Part shown: positions 44,664-53,594 of the stretch, piece by piece
Numbering within the stretch: position 1 is the first letter of the stretch
Layout of the letters: each line of letters starts with the position of its first letter
IMG/VR virus record: IMGVR_UViG_2818991472_000001
Coordinates: 1 to 64,000 of that record
Origin: a virus
Lineage: Duplodnaviria > Caudoviricetes
Length of the DNA stretch: 64,000 nucleotides
Strand: one strand, 5' to 3'
Notes under the pieces: generated by a model
The model's input: the letters and a program-made list of their open reading frames with translations, nothing else
Databases searched by the model: none
What the model was told of the DNA's origin: nothing
Position numbers and translations under genes: made by a program

Positions 44664-45292
44664 CCGCCACAGCCGCCCCCGCCCGCCCGCAGAACAACGA
44701 CGGCACCAGAGCCCGACGTTGGGCACAGATGATCACCGACGGGATGGAGCCCAAGAACATCATCACCGCCGTCTGCGCGATCATCGGGTCCGGCCGCTTC
44801 GGCCTGCCCGGACTCGGCTGGGCGGCGATCTGTGTCGTCTTCGCTGCCGTACTGCCCGTCCTCTTCATCCACCGGGTGGTCAAGCGCGAAGGCGGAGGCT
44901 GGGCGCAGCGCCACCTGACCGAGGTCCAGCTGCGGATCGTCGTCATCCCGATCATCCTGCTGATGGTGACAGCGGGACTCCTTCTCCTGGTCGCCCTGCA
45001 CGCCCCGAAGGCGATCATCGCGATGCAGGCCGCCATGCTGGCCACCCTCGGAGCCGTCTACCTGATCACCGTGTGGTGGACCTGGAAGATCAGCGGGCAC
45101 ACCTCGGTCTACGCGGGGGCCGTGGCGATGGCCGCTGTGGAACTCGGCCCCTGGTGGTGGCTGGCGCTTCCCCTCGTGGTCATCATCGCCTGGGCCCGGG
45201 TCACGCTGCGCGAGCACACCCTGGCCCAGACCGTTGCCGGTGCCGCGCTCGGGGTCACCGTCGCCGGGACGGTCTTCGCCCTGCTGAACTAG
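44660..45292 (+). CDS. PAP2-superfamily membrane phosphatase-like protein
   Basis: ATGA coupling; WKISGH and WARV.L.EHTLAQ..AG motifs. Confidence 0.75.
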   Translation: MTATAAPARPQNNDGTRARRWAQMITDGMEPKNIITAVCAIIGSGRFGLPGLGWAAICVVFAAVLPVLFIHRVVKREGGGWAQRHLTEVQLRIVVIPIILLMVTAGLLLLVALHAPKAIIAMQAAMLATLGAVYLITVWWTWKISGHTSVYAGAVAMAAVELGPWWWLALPLVVIIAWARVTLREHTLAQTVAGAALGVTVAGTVFALLN

Positions 45293-45310
45293 GGCCGCGA
45301 CATCAGCATG

Positions 45311-45348
45311 GGCTGCGCCCCGGGAGCGAATCGCCCCGGGGCGCAGCC
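45311..45348. terminator. bidirectional terminator
   Basis: 14-bp stem between convergent genes. Confidence 0.7.
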
Positions 45349-45354
45349 GTGTCC

Positions 45355-46110
45355 TCAGATCTTCGTCGCACACTCCGGGCCGATCAGGCGGTCGAGCGAC
45401 TCCGGCGTGGTCAGCGGGAGCCCGCACCGCCAGCAGCACTGCGATGCCCGTGCCCACGCCTTCCCAGCGGTGATCTGGTCACCGGCGAGTGCGGCCAGGG
45501 CCTGGCGCAGCCGCGTGCTGCCCTGGTGGGCCTTCCAGACGAACAGGGTCTTGTCGGCTTCGTCGGCGTTGGCGAAGTTGGTGTAGTCCGCCGTGTTCTC
45601 CGGCCCGCTGAGGTAGGCCACCAGGAAGCGGCCCGGCATGAACTTCTCGCCCGCCTTCTGCCGCCGGACCCGCAGGGTGACGTGCCCGCCGCCGTCGACG
45701 CCCTCCACGGTGAAGTAGCCCGGGAGGAGAACGGTGCCGCTGGGCAGGCGCACCGGACCCGACTTCGGCGAGCTGGCGGAGGAGGCCGGGGTAGCCGTCT
45801 TCTTGACGGGCGCGGCGGCCTTGGGCTCGGCCGAGGCGGTCGTCAGGCAGCGGCCGTTGTCGTCAGTGCGGTGGCGGACGGTCCAGGCAGTCCCGGTCTT
45901 CTCCCGCAGACCTGCACCGGCGGCCACCGTGGTGCCGCAGACGGTGCAGGTGCCGGGGTAGGCGTTCGCGGCCTCCCGGACGGGCTTGGAGGCGGTCTTC
46001 GGGGCCTCGGGCGCGGGGAGGGGCGCGGTTCGGGGGGTCTCGTACGAGAAGACCGGCCTGCCGTTCTCGATGCCCAGGACCCGGAGGGGCCCCGAAATGA
46101 AATGCGCCAT
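45355..46110 (-). CDS. DUF6011-type Zn-finger protein
   Basis: C-terminal CWRCGLPLTTPES....IGPEC; N-terminal NAYPGTCTVCG ribbon. Confidence 0.75.
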   Translation of the reverse strand: MAHFISGPLRVLGIENGRPVFSYETPRTAPLPAPEAPKTASKPVREAANAYPGTCTVCGTTVAAGAGLREKTGTAWTVRHRTDDNGRCLTTASAEPKAAAPVKKTATPASSASSPKSGPVRLPSGTVLLPGYFTVEGVDGGGHVTLRVRRQKAGEKFMPGRFLVAYLSGPENTADYTNFANADEADKTLFVWKAHQGSTRLRQALAALAGDQITAGKAWARASQCCWRCGLPLTTPESLDRLIGPECATKI

Positions 46111-46140
46111 AACTGCTTCCTCCCGAGCTTGAATAAGAAG

Positions 46141-46169
46141 ACCGTAACCTAGATATCTAGGTTACGCAA
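46141..46169 (-). promoter_or_regulatory. housekeeping-type promoter with overlapping palindromic operator
   Basis: -35 TTGCGT, 17 bp, -10 TACGGT; perfect 24-bp palindrome CGTAACCTAGATATCTAGGTTACG at 46143..46166. Confidence 0.7.
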
Positions 46170-46253
46170 ACACTTTCTGGAAACGCGAAGAGCGGCCGGG
46201 CCCGCAGGCACCGACCGCTCTTCAACCCTCCGCCGCCACTTGGCGGCCCTGGC

Positions 46254-46685
46254 TCACGCCCTCATCAGGACCTTCAGCGCCAACGTCAGCTCCTCCGGCG
46301 TCAACTCCTGCCCGGCCGCGACCTTCTGCCGGACCTGGATGACCAGCCGCTCCTCCGCCGAAGCCCCGTAGTACGGGTCCGGACGGTGGGCCGCCAGCAG
46401 CGACCGCAGCTGCGTCGGGTCCACCGACGACGGCGACACGAACAGCGTCAGCGGGTGGTCCGCGTCCACCGGAATCTCCGCGCCGGGCAAGTTGCCCACC
46501 GGCGCCTCGCGGGGCACGTACACCGCCAGCTGGACTGCATCGCCCAGCGCGTCGCGCAGCTCGTGCTGGAACTGGCCCAGGTTGATCGGCGACGTCCAGG
46601 TCACCATCTGCGAGTTGCCGCCGAACGGGTCCAGGGCTCCGACCCCGGCGTCCTGCGTCATGCCCTCGTCTGCCACAACGATCAC
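46254..46685 (-). CDS. hypothetical phage protein
   Basis: GGGAGG RBS, downstream of late motif. Confidence 0.6.
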   Translation of the reverse strand: MIVVADEGMTQDAGVGALDPFGGNSQMVTWTSPINLGQFQHELRDALGDAVQLAVYVPREAPVGNLPGAEIPVDADHPLTLFVSPSSVDPTQLRSLLAAHRPDPYYGASAEERLVIQVRQKVAAGQELTPEELTLALKVLMRA

Positions 46686-46726
46686 TCCTCCCGTGAACCG
46701 GCACTGCTGGTGGTCCGCAGTGCTTC

Positions 46727-46760
46727 CGCCCCTTCCCCGCTCAGTCCAGCCACGGGACAG
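46727..46760 (-). promoter_or_regulatory. bipartite late motif
   Basis: CGCCCCTT-N21-GACAG. Confidence 0.7.
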
Positions 46761-48279
46761 GGTCGAGGTCGGCGTAGTGCGTGCCCTCGATCTGGAGCGA
46801 GCCGAGGTTCCTGGCCAGCACGTCCTCCCCCTCCTCGATCAGGGCCCGGCGCTCGGCCGGGGTGAAGTCCCGCAGCGCGTGCTTCGCGAACCGGCGCGCC
46901 GTATACGGCGTCAGCGCCTCGTCCTCCGCCGGAATCCCGAGGTCACCGCCGTCGGTCGAGGGCAGCGCACCGTCCGGCTGGTCGTGCAGAACGGCCTGCG
47001 CCCCTGCCTCGTCCGGGGCCAGCGTCCCCAGCCGGTCGTCGAGCGATCCGGGCAGAGCGTGGCTCCAGCCCTCCGGATCGGCTCCGGCCAGCGGCCCGGC
47101 CGACACCGGGTTCTCCCCGGCACGCGGCGGGGACGTCGCCCCCAGCGCCGGGGGCGCCAGCACGCTGCCGCTGCCGGGCTCACCGAACGGTGAACCGACC
47201 GACGCCACGACCCCTGCCGCCGCCAGCGCCAACCGGACCTCCGCCGGGTCCTCTCCCGACTCCACCATGGCCCGCGCGACCAGCCGCAGCGGCGCCTCGG
47301 CCACCGCGAGCGAGGACGCCCGGCCGAACTCGTTCCGGGCCTGGTCGATGTCCCACTTGACCACGACATGCCTGGGCACCCAGTCCGGCCGCTCCTGGTC
47401 CGCCATCACATCCCGGCCGAACATCCCCCGGCTCTGCGCCTCGTACGTCAGCGCGAGAGCGTGGCTGCACATCCGCCCGGCGAAGCGCGAGAAGTCGTCG
47501 CTGGCCCCCCAGTGGTACGCGCCCCACTTGCAGCCGCAGCTCCATGCCTGGATCGAGGACCTGCCCGGCAGCCGCTGCAGGCCCGTCTCGTAGACCTCGT
47601 GGTCACCCCGGACCTCGCCGACGACCAGGCCGTCCGTGGCCAGGGTGACCCGGACGCCGCCCTCGGTCCTGATCCGCTTGGCCTTCGCAACGACGTCCCT
47701 CCACGCGGCGGTGATCTGGAACCGGAAGTCGCCGTCGGTCGCTGCGATGACCAGCATCGAGGTGAAGGGGAAGGAGTCCTTGCCGTCGTCCTTCTTGCCG
47801 TCCTTGTCGTCGTCGCCGTTGCCCTTGTCGTCGTCGGAGTCGTCCTTCTTGCCGTCGTCCGAGTCAGAGTCAGAGTCATCGTCGTCCTGGTCATCCCGAT
47901 CGTCGTCGTCGGAGTCGCCGTCCTGCTTCGCCGCGACGTGGCGCAGCCCGGCCGGATCAGGCCGGGAGACGAGAACCTCGGCCAACTCCGGGTAGTCGTC
48001 GGCCGCCGTCCCCCGGGCCGCCAGCGCGGTCGGAGCAGGACGCAGCTGAGAAGCGGTGTACGACCCGCCGCCAAGACCCCCATGCAGGTCGACCTTGTAC
48101 TCCTCCCAGCCCGGGAACGGGCCGTCGAGCACAGCCCGGACGGTTCCGGGCAGTCCCTCGGGAGTCATCACCACCTGGTCCGGCCGGTACTCCCAGTACT
48201 CCTCCGAGGCCACAGCAAGGCGCTGGGCCGCCAGGGTCTGGTGACCAGCCGTCCGCCGCATCCGCCGCCTGCTCGCCAT
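46741..48279 (-). CDS. SWIM Zn-finger head-region protein with acidic tract
   Basis: ATG48279 with GGAGG; WSCGCKW...MCSH (CxC..CxH); Asp-rich linker. Confidence 0.65.
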   Translation of the reverse strand: MASRRRMRRTAGHQTLAAQRLAVASEEYWEYRPDQVVMTPEGLPGTVRAVLDGPFPGWEEYKVDLHGGLGGGSYTASQLRPAPTALAARGTAADDYPELAEVLVSRPDPAGLRHVAAKQDGDSDDDDRDDQDDDDSDSDSDDGKKDDSDDDKGNGDDDKDGKKDDGKDSFPFTSMLVIAATDGDFRFQITAAWRDVVAKAKRIRTEGGVRVTLATDGLVVGEVRGDHEVYETGLQRLPGRSSIQAWSCGCKWGAYHWGASDDFSRFAGRMCSHALALTYEAQSRGMFGRDVMADQERPDWVPRHVVVKWDIDQARNEFGRASSLAVAEAPLRLVARAMVESGEDPAEVRLALAAAGVVASVGSPFGEPGSGSVLAPPALGATSPPRAGENPVSAGPLAGADPEGWSHALPGSLDDRLGTLAPDEAGAQAVLHDQPDGALPSTDGGDLGIPAEDEALTPYTARRFAKHALRDFTPAERRALIEEGEDVLARNLGSLQIEGTHYADLDPVPWLD

Positions 48280-48306
48280 GTGCTCTCCTCCGTGGCTCCC
48301 GACTCT

Positions 48307-48341
48307 CACCCCTTGATCCGGTCGGGAACGCGCCCCGACAG
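48307..48341 (-). promoter_or_regulatory. bipartite late motif
   Basis: CACCCCTT-N22-GACAG. Confidence 0.7.
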
Positions 48342-48345
48342 CAGA

Positions 48346-48732
48346 TCACTTGCCGAGCGGGCTCCACAGCGCCACCAGGACCGGCACGATGATGGCCGAC
48401 ACCGGGATCACGACCTTGAACCACACGTTCATCCGGCGCTGGTGGGCGACTTCCCGGCGCTGCTCCTCACGCCGCAGCTGCTCGACATGCTCACGCCGAA
48501 CCCGCTCCTCCAAGGCCGCACGCTTGCGGTCCTGCTCGGCCAGCTCCTGCTCAGCTCGCCCCAGCCGCAGTTCCAGCAGCGCCTTCTCCGCCGACCACTG
48601 CTCCCGGGTCAGGAAGGAGTCCAACCGCTCCCGCACATCGGTGAGTACCTCGTGGATCTGACGGCGCGTCTGTTCCGCGTCCTTCTGGATCAGCTCCCAC
48701 AGCGCGCCGGTGCTCATCTGGTCGTCCGACAT
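48346..48732 (-). CDS. coiled-coil protein with C-terminal TM helix (lysis accessory candidate)
   Basis: Heptad-rich, single C-terminal TM, downstream of endolysins. Confidence 0.6.
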   Translation of the reverse strand: MSDDQMSTGALWELIQKDAEQTRRQIHEVLTDVRERLDSFLTREQWSAEKALLELRLGRAEQELAEQDRKRAALEERVRREHVEQLRREEQRREVAHQRRMNVWFKVVIPVSAIIVPVLVALWSPLGK

Positions 48733-48762
48733 CCTGCGCCCCCTGCGGTGTGAGTCCTGATT

Positions 48763-48796
48763 CACCCCTTCCTTGGGCCGGGCGCAGGCGGAACAG
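48763..48796 (-). promoter_or_regulatory. bipartite late motif
   Basis: CACCCCTT-N21-AACAG after terminator. Confidence 0.7.
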
Positions 48797-48811
48797 GGAA
48801 GGCCAGGAACG

Positions 48812-48846
48812 CCGGAGGGCCCGCCAGCAGCTGGCGGGCCCTCCGG
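48812..48846 (-). terminator. terminator after endolysins
   Basis: 16-bp stem ccggagggcccgccag/ctggcgggccctccgg. Confidence 0.7.
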
Positions 48847-48860
48847 TCAAGCTCTCCCGA

Positions 48861-49637
48861 TCACGTGATCGGCGCGGTCCAGGCGGCGGACCAGGTCTTG
48901 GGCCCGATGATCCCGTCGGTGCCCAGCTGCTTCTCGTCCTGGAACTGCCGGACGACCCGGTCGGTCTGCGGACCGAAGATCCCGTCGACGCCGATCGTCC
49001 AGCCCCGGTGGCTCATCTGCGCCTGCCACTGCCGCACGTCGTCGCCGCTCATGCCCTGCTGCAGGTACCGGCCGGGCCACGCGGGCGCGGACGACGCCGG
49101 GGGCTGCGGCGTCGGGGACGGGGTGGGCTGGCCGCCCGGCCTCGGCGCACCGGCCTGGACCCAGGCGTAGAGCGGCTCACCCGGGCAGTCGGTCGCGTAC
49201 CCGTCGCGGTGGCCCTTGATCTCCGGCCCGGCCCCGTTGGCCTGGAGCAGCTCGATCGCGTCGCGCAGCGCGCCGAGCATCGCGTCGGTCGGCTGCGTCA
49301 TCCCCTCCGAGCCGAGGAGCCCGCACACTGCGTAATCGGCGTGGTTCAGCGGCTGGTTCCCGTTCGCGCCGGTTTCCTTGCGCAGGCCACGGCCCTCGAA
49401 GACCCAACCATGCTGGCAGCAGCCGTAGTTGTACGCGATGTCCACCCAGCCCTGGACCGGGTCGGACATGTGCGCGACGCGGATGTCCTTCCACAGCTGG
49501 ATGCACTGGCTGTGATCGCCAGCCAGGGTCGTGGGGACGTTGCCGCCCTCGTAGTGGACCTTGACGCCCTGGGTGGTCGGCTGATCGGCGGCTGCCGTCG
49601 CGGGCCAGCCCAGCTGGTCGCGGGTGAGAAGCTGCAT
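48861..49637 (-). CDS. endolysin 2: Amidase_2 plus PG_binding_1
   Basis: VHY, WVDIAYN, EGRG, GHRD, TDCPG; VDGIFGPQT..FQ..DGIIGPKTW. Confidence 0.9.
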   Translation of the reverse strand: MQLLTRDQLGWPATAAADQPTTQGVKVHYEGGNVPTTLAGDHSQCIQLWKDIRVAHMSDPVQGWVDIAYNYGCCQHGWVFEGRGLRKETGANGNQPLNHADYAVCGLLGSEGMTQPTDAMLGALRDAIELLQANGAGPEIKGHRDGYATDCPGEPLYAWVQAGAPRPGGQPTPSPTPQPPASSAPAWPGRYLQQGMSGDDVRQWQAQMSHRGWTIGVDGIFGPQTDRVVRQFQDEKQLGTDGIIGPKTWSAAWTAPIT

Positions 49638-49667
49638 TCCTTTACCCCTTTGGTAGTTGAGTTGACG

Positions 49668-50714
49668 TCAGTTCGCCGGAACGCGCAGCTGGGCCCAGCT
49701 GGTGGGGCCCGGGATGCCGTCGGCGGCGTCGCCGGAGTAGCCGAGCGAGCGCTGGAAGGCCGCGTAGGACGCCTGGTCGGCCGGGCCCCAGTCGGGGCCG
49801 GGGCCGACGCGGTACTGGGAGAAGCCAAGGGCGACCAGGCGCTGGCCCATCCGGGTGATCACGTCGGAGTGCTGGCCGTCGTGGAAGAAGTCCTGGCCGG
49901 GGAAGGGCTCCAGGGCGGCGTCGAGGAGCTGGTGCAGGGACTGCTCGCCCGGGACGCCGTCGGCCGCCGCTCCGCTGTAGCCCAGGGAGCGCTGGTAGTC
50001 GGCGTAGTTGAGGGTGTCGGCGTCCGTCCAGTCGGGGCCCGGACCGACCTGGTAGTGGCTGCCGAAGCCGCGTGCCACCAGGGCCTGGCCGACCCGGGTG
50101 ACCTGGTCTCCGTGGGCGCCGTAGCCGTAGACTTGGCCGTCGATCGTGACCTGGTAGCGGGCGATGGCCGGGGTGGGCGGCTGCTCGGGCTGCGGTGCCG
50201 GGGAGGTGCCGCCCGGCCGGGGCGCACCGGCCTGCACCCAGGAGTACAGGGGGTCACCCGGGCACTCGGTCGGGTACCCGTCGCGGTGGCCCTTGATCTC
50301 CGGCCCGGCCCCGTTGGCCTGGAGCAGCTCGATCGCGTCGCGCAGCGCGCCGAGCAGTGCGTCGGTGGGCTGGGTGAGCCCCTCGGAGCCGATCAGGGCG
50401 ACGACGGCGTAGTGGTCCCGGTTGAGCTGCTGGTTCCCGTTGGCCCCGGTGCGCTTGCCGATGCCACGGCCCTCCAGCACGTAACCGTGCTGGCACGAGG
50501 CGTAGTTGTACGCGACGTCTACCCAGTTCTCGGTCTTGTTGGCGAGGTGGCTGGCCCGGATCGACTGCCACTCCTGGATGCACCGGCTGTGGTCGCCGAG
50601 CAGGTCGGTGGAGACCGGAGTGCCCTCGTAGTGAATCTTGACGCCCTGGGTGGTCGGCTGGTCGGCCGCCGCCGAGGCGGGCCAGCCCAGCTGGGCGCGG
50701 GTGATGAGCTGCAT
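49668..50714 (-). CDS. endolysin 1: Amidase_2 plus two Streptomyces-type PG-binding repeats
   Basis: Same amidase motifs; two Y.VGPGPDW..AD...YA..QRSLGYSG.AADG.PG repeats. Confidence 0.9.
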   Translation of the reverse strand: MQLITRAQLGWPASAAADQPTTQGVKIHYEGTPVSTDLLGDHSRCIQEWQSIRASHLANKTENWVDVAYNYASCQHGYVLEGRGIGKRTGANGNQQLNRDHYAVVALIGSEGLTQPTDALLGALRDAIELLQANGAGPEIKGHRDGYPTECPGDPLYSWVQAGAPRPGGTSPAPQPEQPPTPAIARYQVTIDGQVYGYGAHGDQVTRVGQALVARGFGSHYQVGPGPDWTDADTLNYADYQRSLGYSGAAADGVPGEQSLHQLLDAALEPFPGQDFFHDGQHSDVITRMGQRLVALGFSQYRVGPGPDWGPADQASYAAFQRSLGYSGDAADGIPGPTSWAQLRVPAN

Positions 50715-50742
50715 GCTCTGCTCCTCCAGAGAGGGTGGGTTC

Positions 50743-50776
50743 CACCCCTTCCGGAGGTCTGCTGCCCCTGGGACAG
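50743..50776 (-). promoter_or_regulatory. bipartite late motif
   Basis: CACCCCTT-N21-GACAG. Confidence 0.75.
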
Positions 50777-50785
50777 GACCGGAGG

Positions 50786-51382
50786 TCAGCCCAGTCCGGC
50801 CCAGAAGGTCATCACGTTCGCCAGGCTGTTGCTGGACGGAGTGATGCTGGACGGGAGAGCAGTCTGGCCGGTTCCGTTGGTGCAGTACCTGTACTGCGCT
50901 GCCGCGAGGTTGGCATTCGGGGTGCTGGAGAACCCGGAGGCACGGCCGAGCTGCGCTGGCGTGGTCGCGTTGTTGACGAACGCGACCCAGTAGGCACCGG
51001 CAGCCGCAGCGTAGGGGCTGGTGAAAGTGCCCGGGAGCGTTCCGGAGGAGGTGAGGGCCGCGTCGAGGGCGCCCGCTGCGGTGACTGCGACCCGGTTTCC
51101 GCTGGAGTCGTAGAGGCCGATGAAGTTCTGATTGGCGACCACGCCGGATGCTGCGCCAGTCAGGCTGAGGATGGCCTTGCTGACGGTCTGCGGGGTACGG
51201 AGGATCACCTGGGCCAGGTAGACGGTTCCGGATACCGTGGCGGAGGAGTTGCTGGTGCCGCTCGGGTCGTAGTTCCAGGCGAGGAGACCATGGTCGGAGG
51301 GCAGGTACATGCCTGCCGGGGTCTGCACACCGTTGACGGAGAAGACGCCGACTATGTTGTGGATCGGGTTCGGGCCGGACAT
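50786..51382 (-). CDS. stand-alone paralog of tailspike C-terminal domain
   Basis: LPSDHGL.AW..DP, GLYD..GN, YWVA...N.TT, W..LG shared with C-terminus of 5769..8273. Confidence 0.7.
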   Translation of the reverse strand: MSGPNPIHNIVGVFSVNGVQTPAGMYLPSDHGLLAWNYDPSGTSNSSATVSGTVYLAQVILRTPQTVSKAILSLTGAASGVVANQNFIGLYDSSGNRVAVTAAGALDAALTSSGTLPGTFTSPYAAAAGAYWVAFVNNATTPAQLGRASGFSSTPNANLAAAQYRYCTNGTGQTALPSSITPSSNSLANVMTFWAGLG

Positions 51383-51395
51383 GCGGGGCTCCTAA

Positions 51396-53591
51396 TCAGG
51401 CCGTCAGGATGGACAGGATGGTGTTGGCGGTGAACTGGTGGCCCGCATCCGACATGTGGATGGTGTCGGTACCTGCGTTGCCGACGCTGGCCTCGTTGCC
51501 CCAGTAGCCCAACGAGGCCCAGTAGTTCCAGCTGTTCCTGCCCATGGGCCAGAGGTCGACGAAGGCCGCACCGTAGGCTTCGGCCACCATGCGCCCCCGC
51601 GCGGCGTAGTCCTGGTACCGGTAGTTGGCGTTGTCGTAAGCGCCGATGTGCTGCATCACGATCATCACGTCGGAGGTCCCGGTGACGGCGGTACCGCCGA
51701 CGGTGGTGCCGTCCTTGACCGCCGACAGGTACTGCCTGAGGTTCGATGACCAGGTGTCCGCCGTCATGCCGGTCAGGACATCGTTCGATCCCAACATGTA
51801 GATGACCAGGTCAGCCGGGTAGTCCGGGCCGCCCGACCAGTTCGCGACAGCGGTTCCGACCGTGTTGTACGCGAAGGAAGCGCTACCGGCCCCTGCGAGG
51901 CCGTAGTTGTTCACGACGATGCCACTGGCGTTCTCCGCCGTGACACCGCAGACGGAGAGATAGCTGCCAGCGGCTCCGTTGTGGGTGATCGTGACAGTGT
52001 GGGTTCCGCTGGACAGCCCGGTGATGGTCGTCACCTGGATGCTGGACTGGGCGGTTCCGCTGTCGGCCACCGAGACGGCCGCGTTGCCGTCGATCGAGTA
52101 GGTCCAGTTGACCCGTCCCGCACCGCTGAGGGTGTAGACGCGGACCGTGCTGCCCCGCACGGTGAAGGTCAGGCTGCTGCCGTTGGTGCTGGTGTAGATG
52201 AAGTTCGCGCCGGGCCCGTAGCGGTTTCCGACACCCCAGGTGCCGGACTGGGTGACCAGGTTCCCGGGAGTCCCCTGCCAGGCAGTAACCGAGGCGCCTG
52301 TACCGAGGAATGCCGCGCTGCGGCCGGTGCTGAAGTAGCCACTGCCGCCATCCCCGTAGGTGGCCTGGAGGCTGCTGGCCAGGCGCCCGACCCAGGAAGT
52401 GGAGACCAGGTTGGACGCGTACAGGCCCTGGGTGCTGGAGCTGCCGACGGCCGCGACGGTCGCAAGCCCAGTGCTCGCGGCACTGCGCTTCGCCCGCCAG
52501 AACTGGCCCCACCCGGGCGGGACGTAGATACCCAGGGGGGCACCGAGCGGGGCCTGCGACGCGGGTACGCGGCCGGTGGTGTCCAGGGTCGCGATGCCGC
52601 TCGTGACGCCGACCTGAGCCTGCGTCACGACGTTCGAGGGCAGCTGCGCGGCGGCCAGGTGTCCGGTCGCGTCCAGTGCGGCGACGCCGTTCGCCGCGCC
52701 CACGTCGCTCGCGGGGACCGCCCGGACGTCGCCCGCGCCCAGGACGACCACGCCGGTCTTGCCGTTGACCTGCAGCACGGGAAGCTGGGACGGCTGGACG
52801 TACCGGCCGTCGGCCGCAGCCTGGGTGAGCGCGCCGATGTCGGCGGCCGAGACCACCACGGCGCCCGTGCGGCCGAACACGGAGGTGACCAGCGATGTCG
52901 GCAGCTGCGCGGTGGTGGCGTAGCGGGCGTCGGCGTCGGCCTGGCTGAGCGCGCCGACGTCGCCCGCGCTCAGCACGACCACGCCGATCTTGCCGTTGAC
53001 CGACGTCAGCCCCGACCCCTTGGTGGCGTAGCGGGCGTCGGCGTCGGCCTGGCTGAGCGCCCCCAGGTCGGCGGCCGTCAGCACCACGGCGGCAGTCTTG
53101 CCGTTGACCGAGGTGACGCCCCCAGTTCCGCCCCCGCCGGTTCCGCCGCCGGGCGTCAGCCCGTCCGGCAGCTGCACGGCCAGGATCTTCCCCGAGCCGT
53201 CCAGCTCCGGGTAGCCGCCCGGCAGACCCCGCTGGTTGAGGGACTGCAGCACCACGATCTGCGGCGGCGGGGTCGTCTGCCGCACCACCGCCTGCAGGTC
53301 CACCACCGACCCGTCGGCGGGCACCTTGATGTAGTAGGTGCTCACCGGCTGCCCGGTCAGCGCCTCGTCGACGCGGTACATCACCCCGACGGGAAACGTG
53401 CCGTCGTCCATCGGCGACGGCACGGTGAAGGAGACCTTGCCCTGCGCGTCCAGGGCCTTGGACACCGGCACCGGCTCGGCGATCTGCCCGCCGTTGATCA
53501 CCGGCGCCGTCAGCTGCAGCTGCACCGTCCCCGCGCTCGGCGTCGTCCCCGTCACGTACGTCCCGCGCACGGTCACCTGCGTGATCCCCAC
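51396..53591 (-). CDS. fibre protein with VTSVNGK repeats and C-terminal SGNH/GDSL hydrolase
   Basis: four V.SVNGK.G.VVL.A.D.GA repeats; VGSSSTQG, NYGLAG, LGSND, DTIH SGNH blocks. Confidence 0.8.
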   Translation of the reverse strand: MGITQVTVRGTYVTGTTPSAGTVQLQLTAPVINGGQIAEPVPVSKALDAQGKVSFTVPSPMDDGTFPVGVMYRVDEALTGQPVSTYYIKVPADGSVVDLQAVVRQTTPPPQIVVLQSLNQRGLPGGYPELDGSGKILAVQLPDGLTPGGGTGGGGTGGVTSVNGKTAAVVLTAADLGALSQADADARYATKGSGLTSVNGKIGVVVLSAGDVGALSQADADARYATTAQLPTSLVTSVFGRTGAVVVSAADIGALTQAAADGRYVQPSQLPVLQVNGKTGVVVLGAGDVRAVPASDVGAANGVAALDATGHLAAAQLPSNVVTQAQVGVTSGIATLDTTGRVPASQAPLGAPLGIYVPPGWGQFWRAKRSAASTGLATVAAVGSSSTQGLYASNLVSTSWVGRLASSLQATYGDGGSGYFSTGRSAAFLGTGASVTAWQGTPGNLVTQSGTWGVGNRYGPGANFIYTSTNGSSLTFTVRGSTVRVYTLSGAGRVNWTYSIDGNAAVSVADSGTAQSSIQVTTITGLSSGTHTVTITHNGAAGSYLSVCGVTAENASGIVVNNYGLAGAGSASFAYNTVGTAVANWSGGPDYPADLVIYMLGSNDVLTGMTADTWSSNLRQYLSAVKDGTTVGGTAVTGTSDVMIVMQHIGAYDNANYRYQDYAARGRMVAEAYGAAFVDLWPMGRNSWNYWASLGYWGNEASVGNAGTDTIHMSDAGHQFTANTILSILTA

Positions 53592-53594
53592 CTG

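Noticed and set aside
48861-51382. Diversity-generating retroelement (TR/VR pairs from endolysin or fibre duplications)
   Set aside because: No reverse transcriptase in window and differences are not adenine-specific
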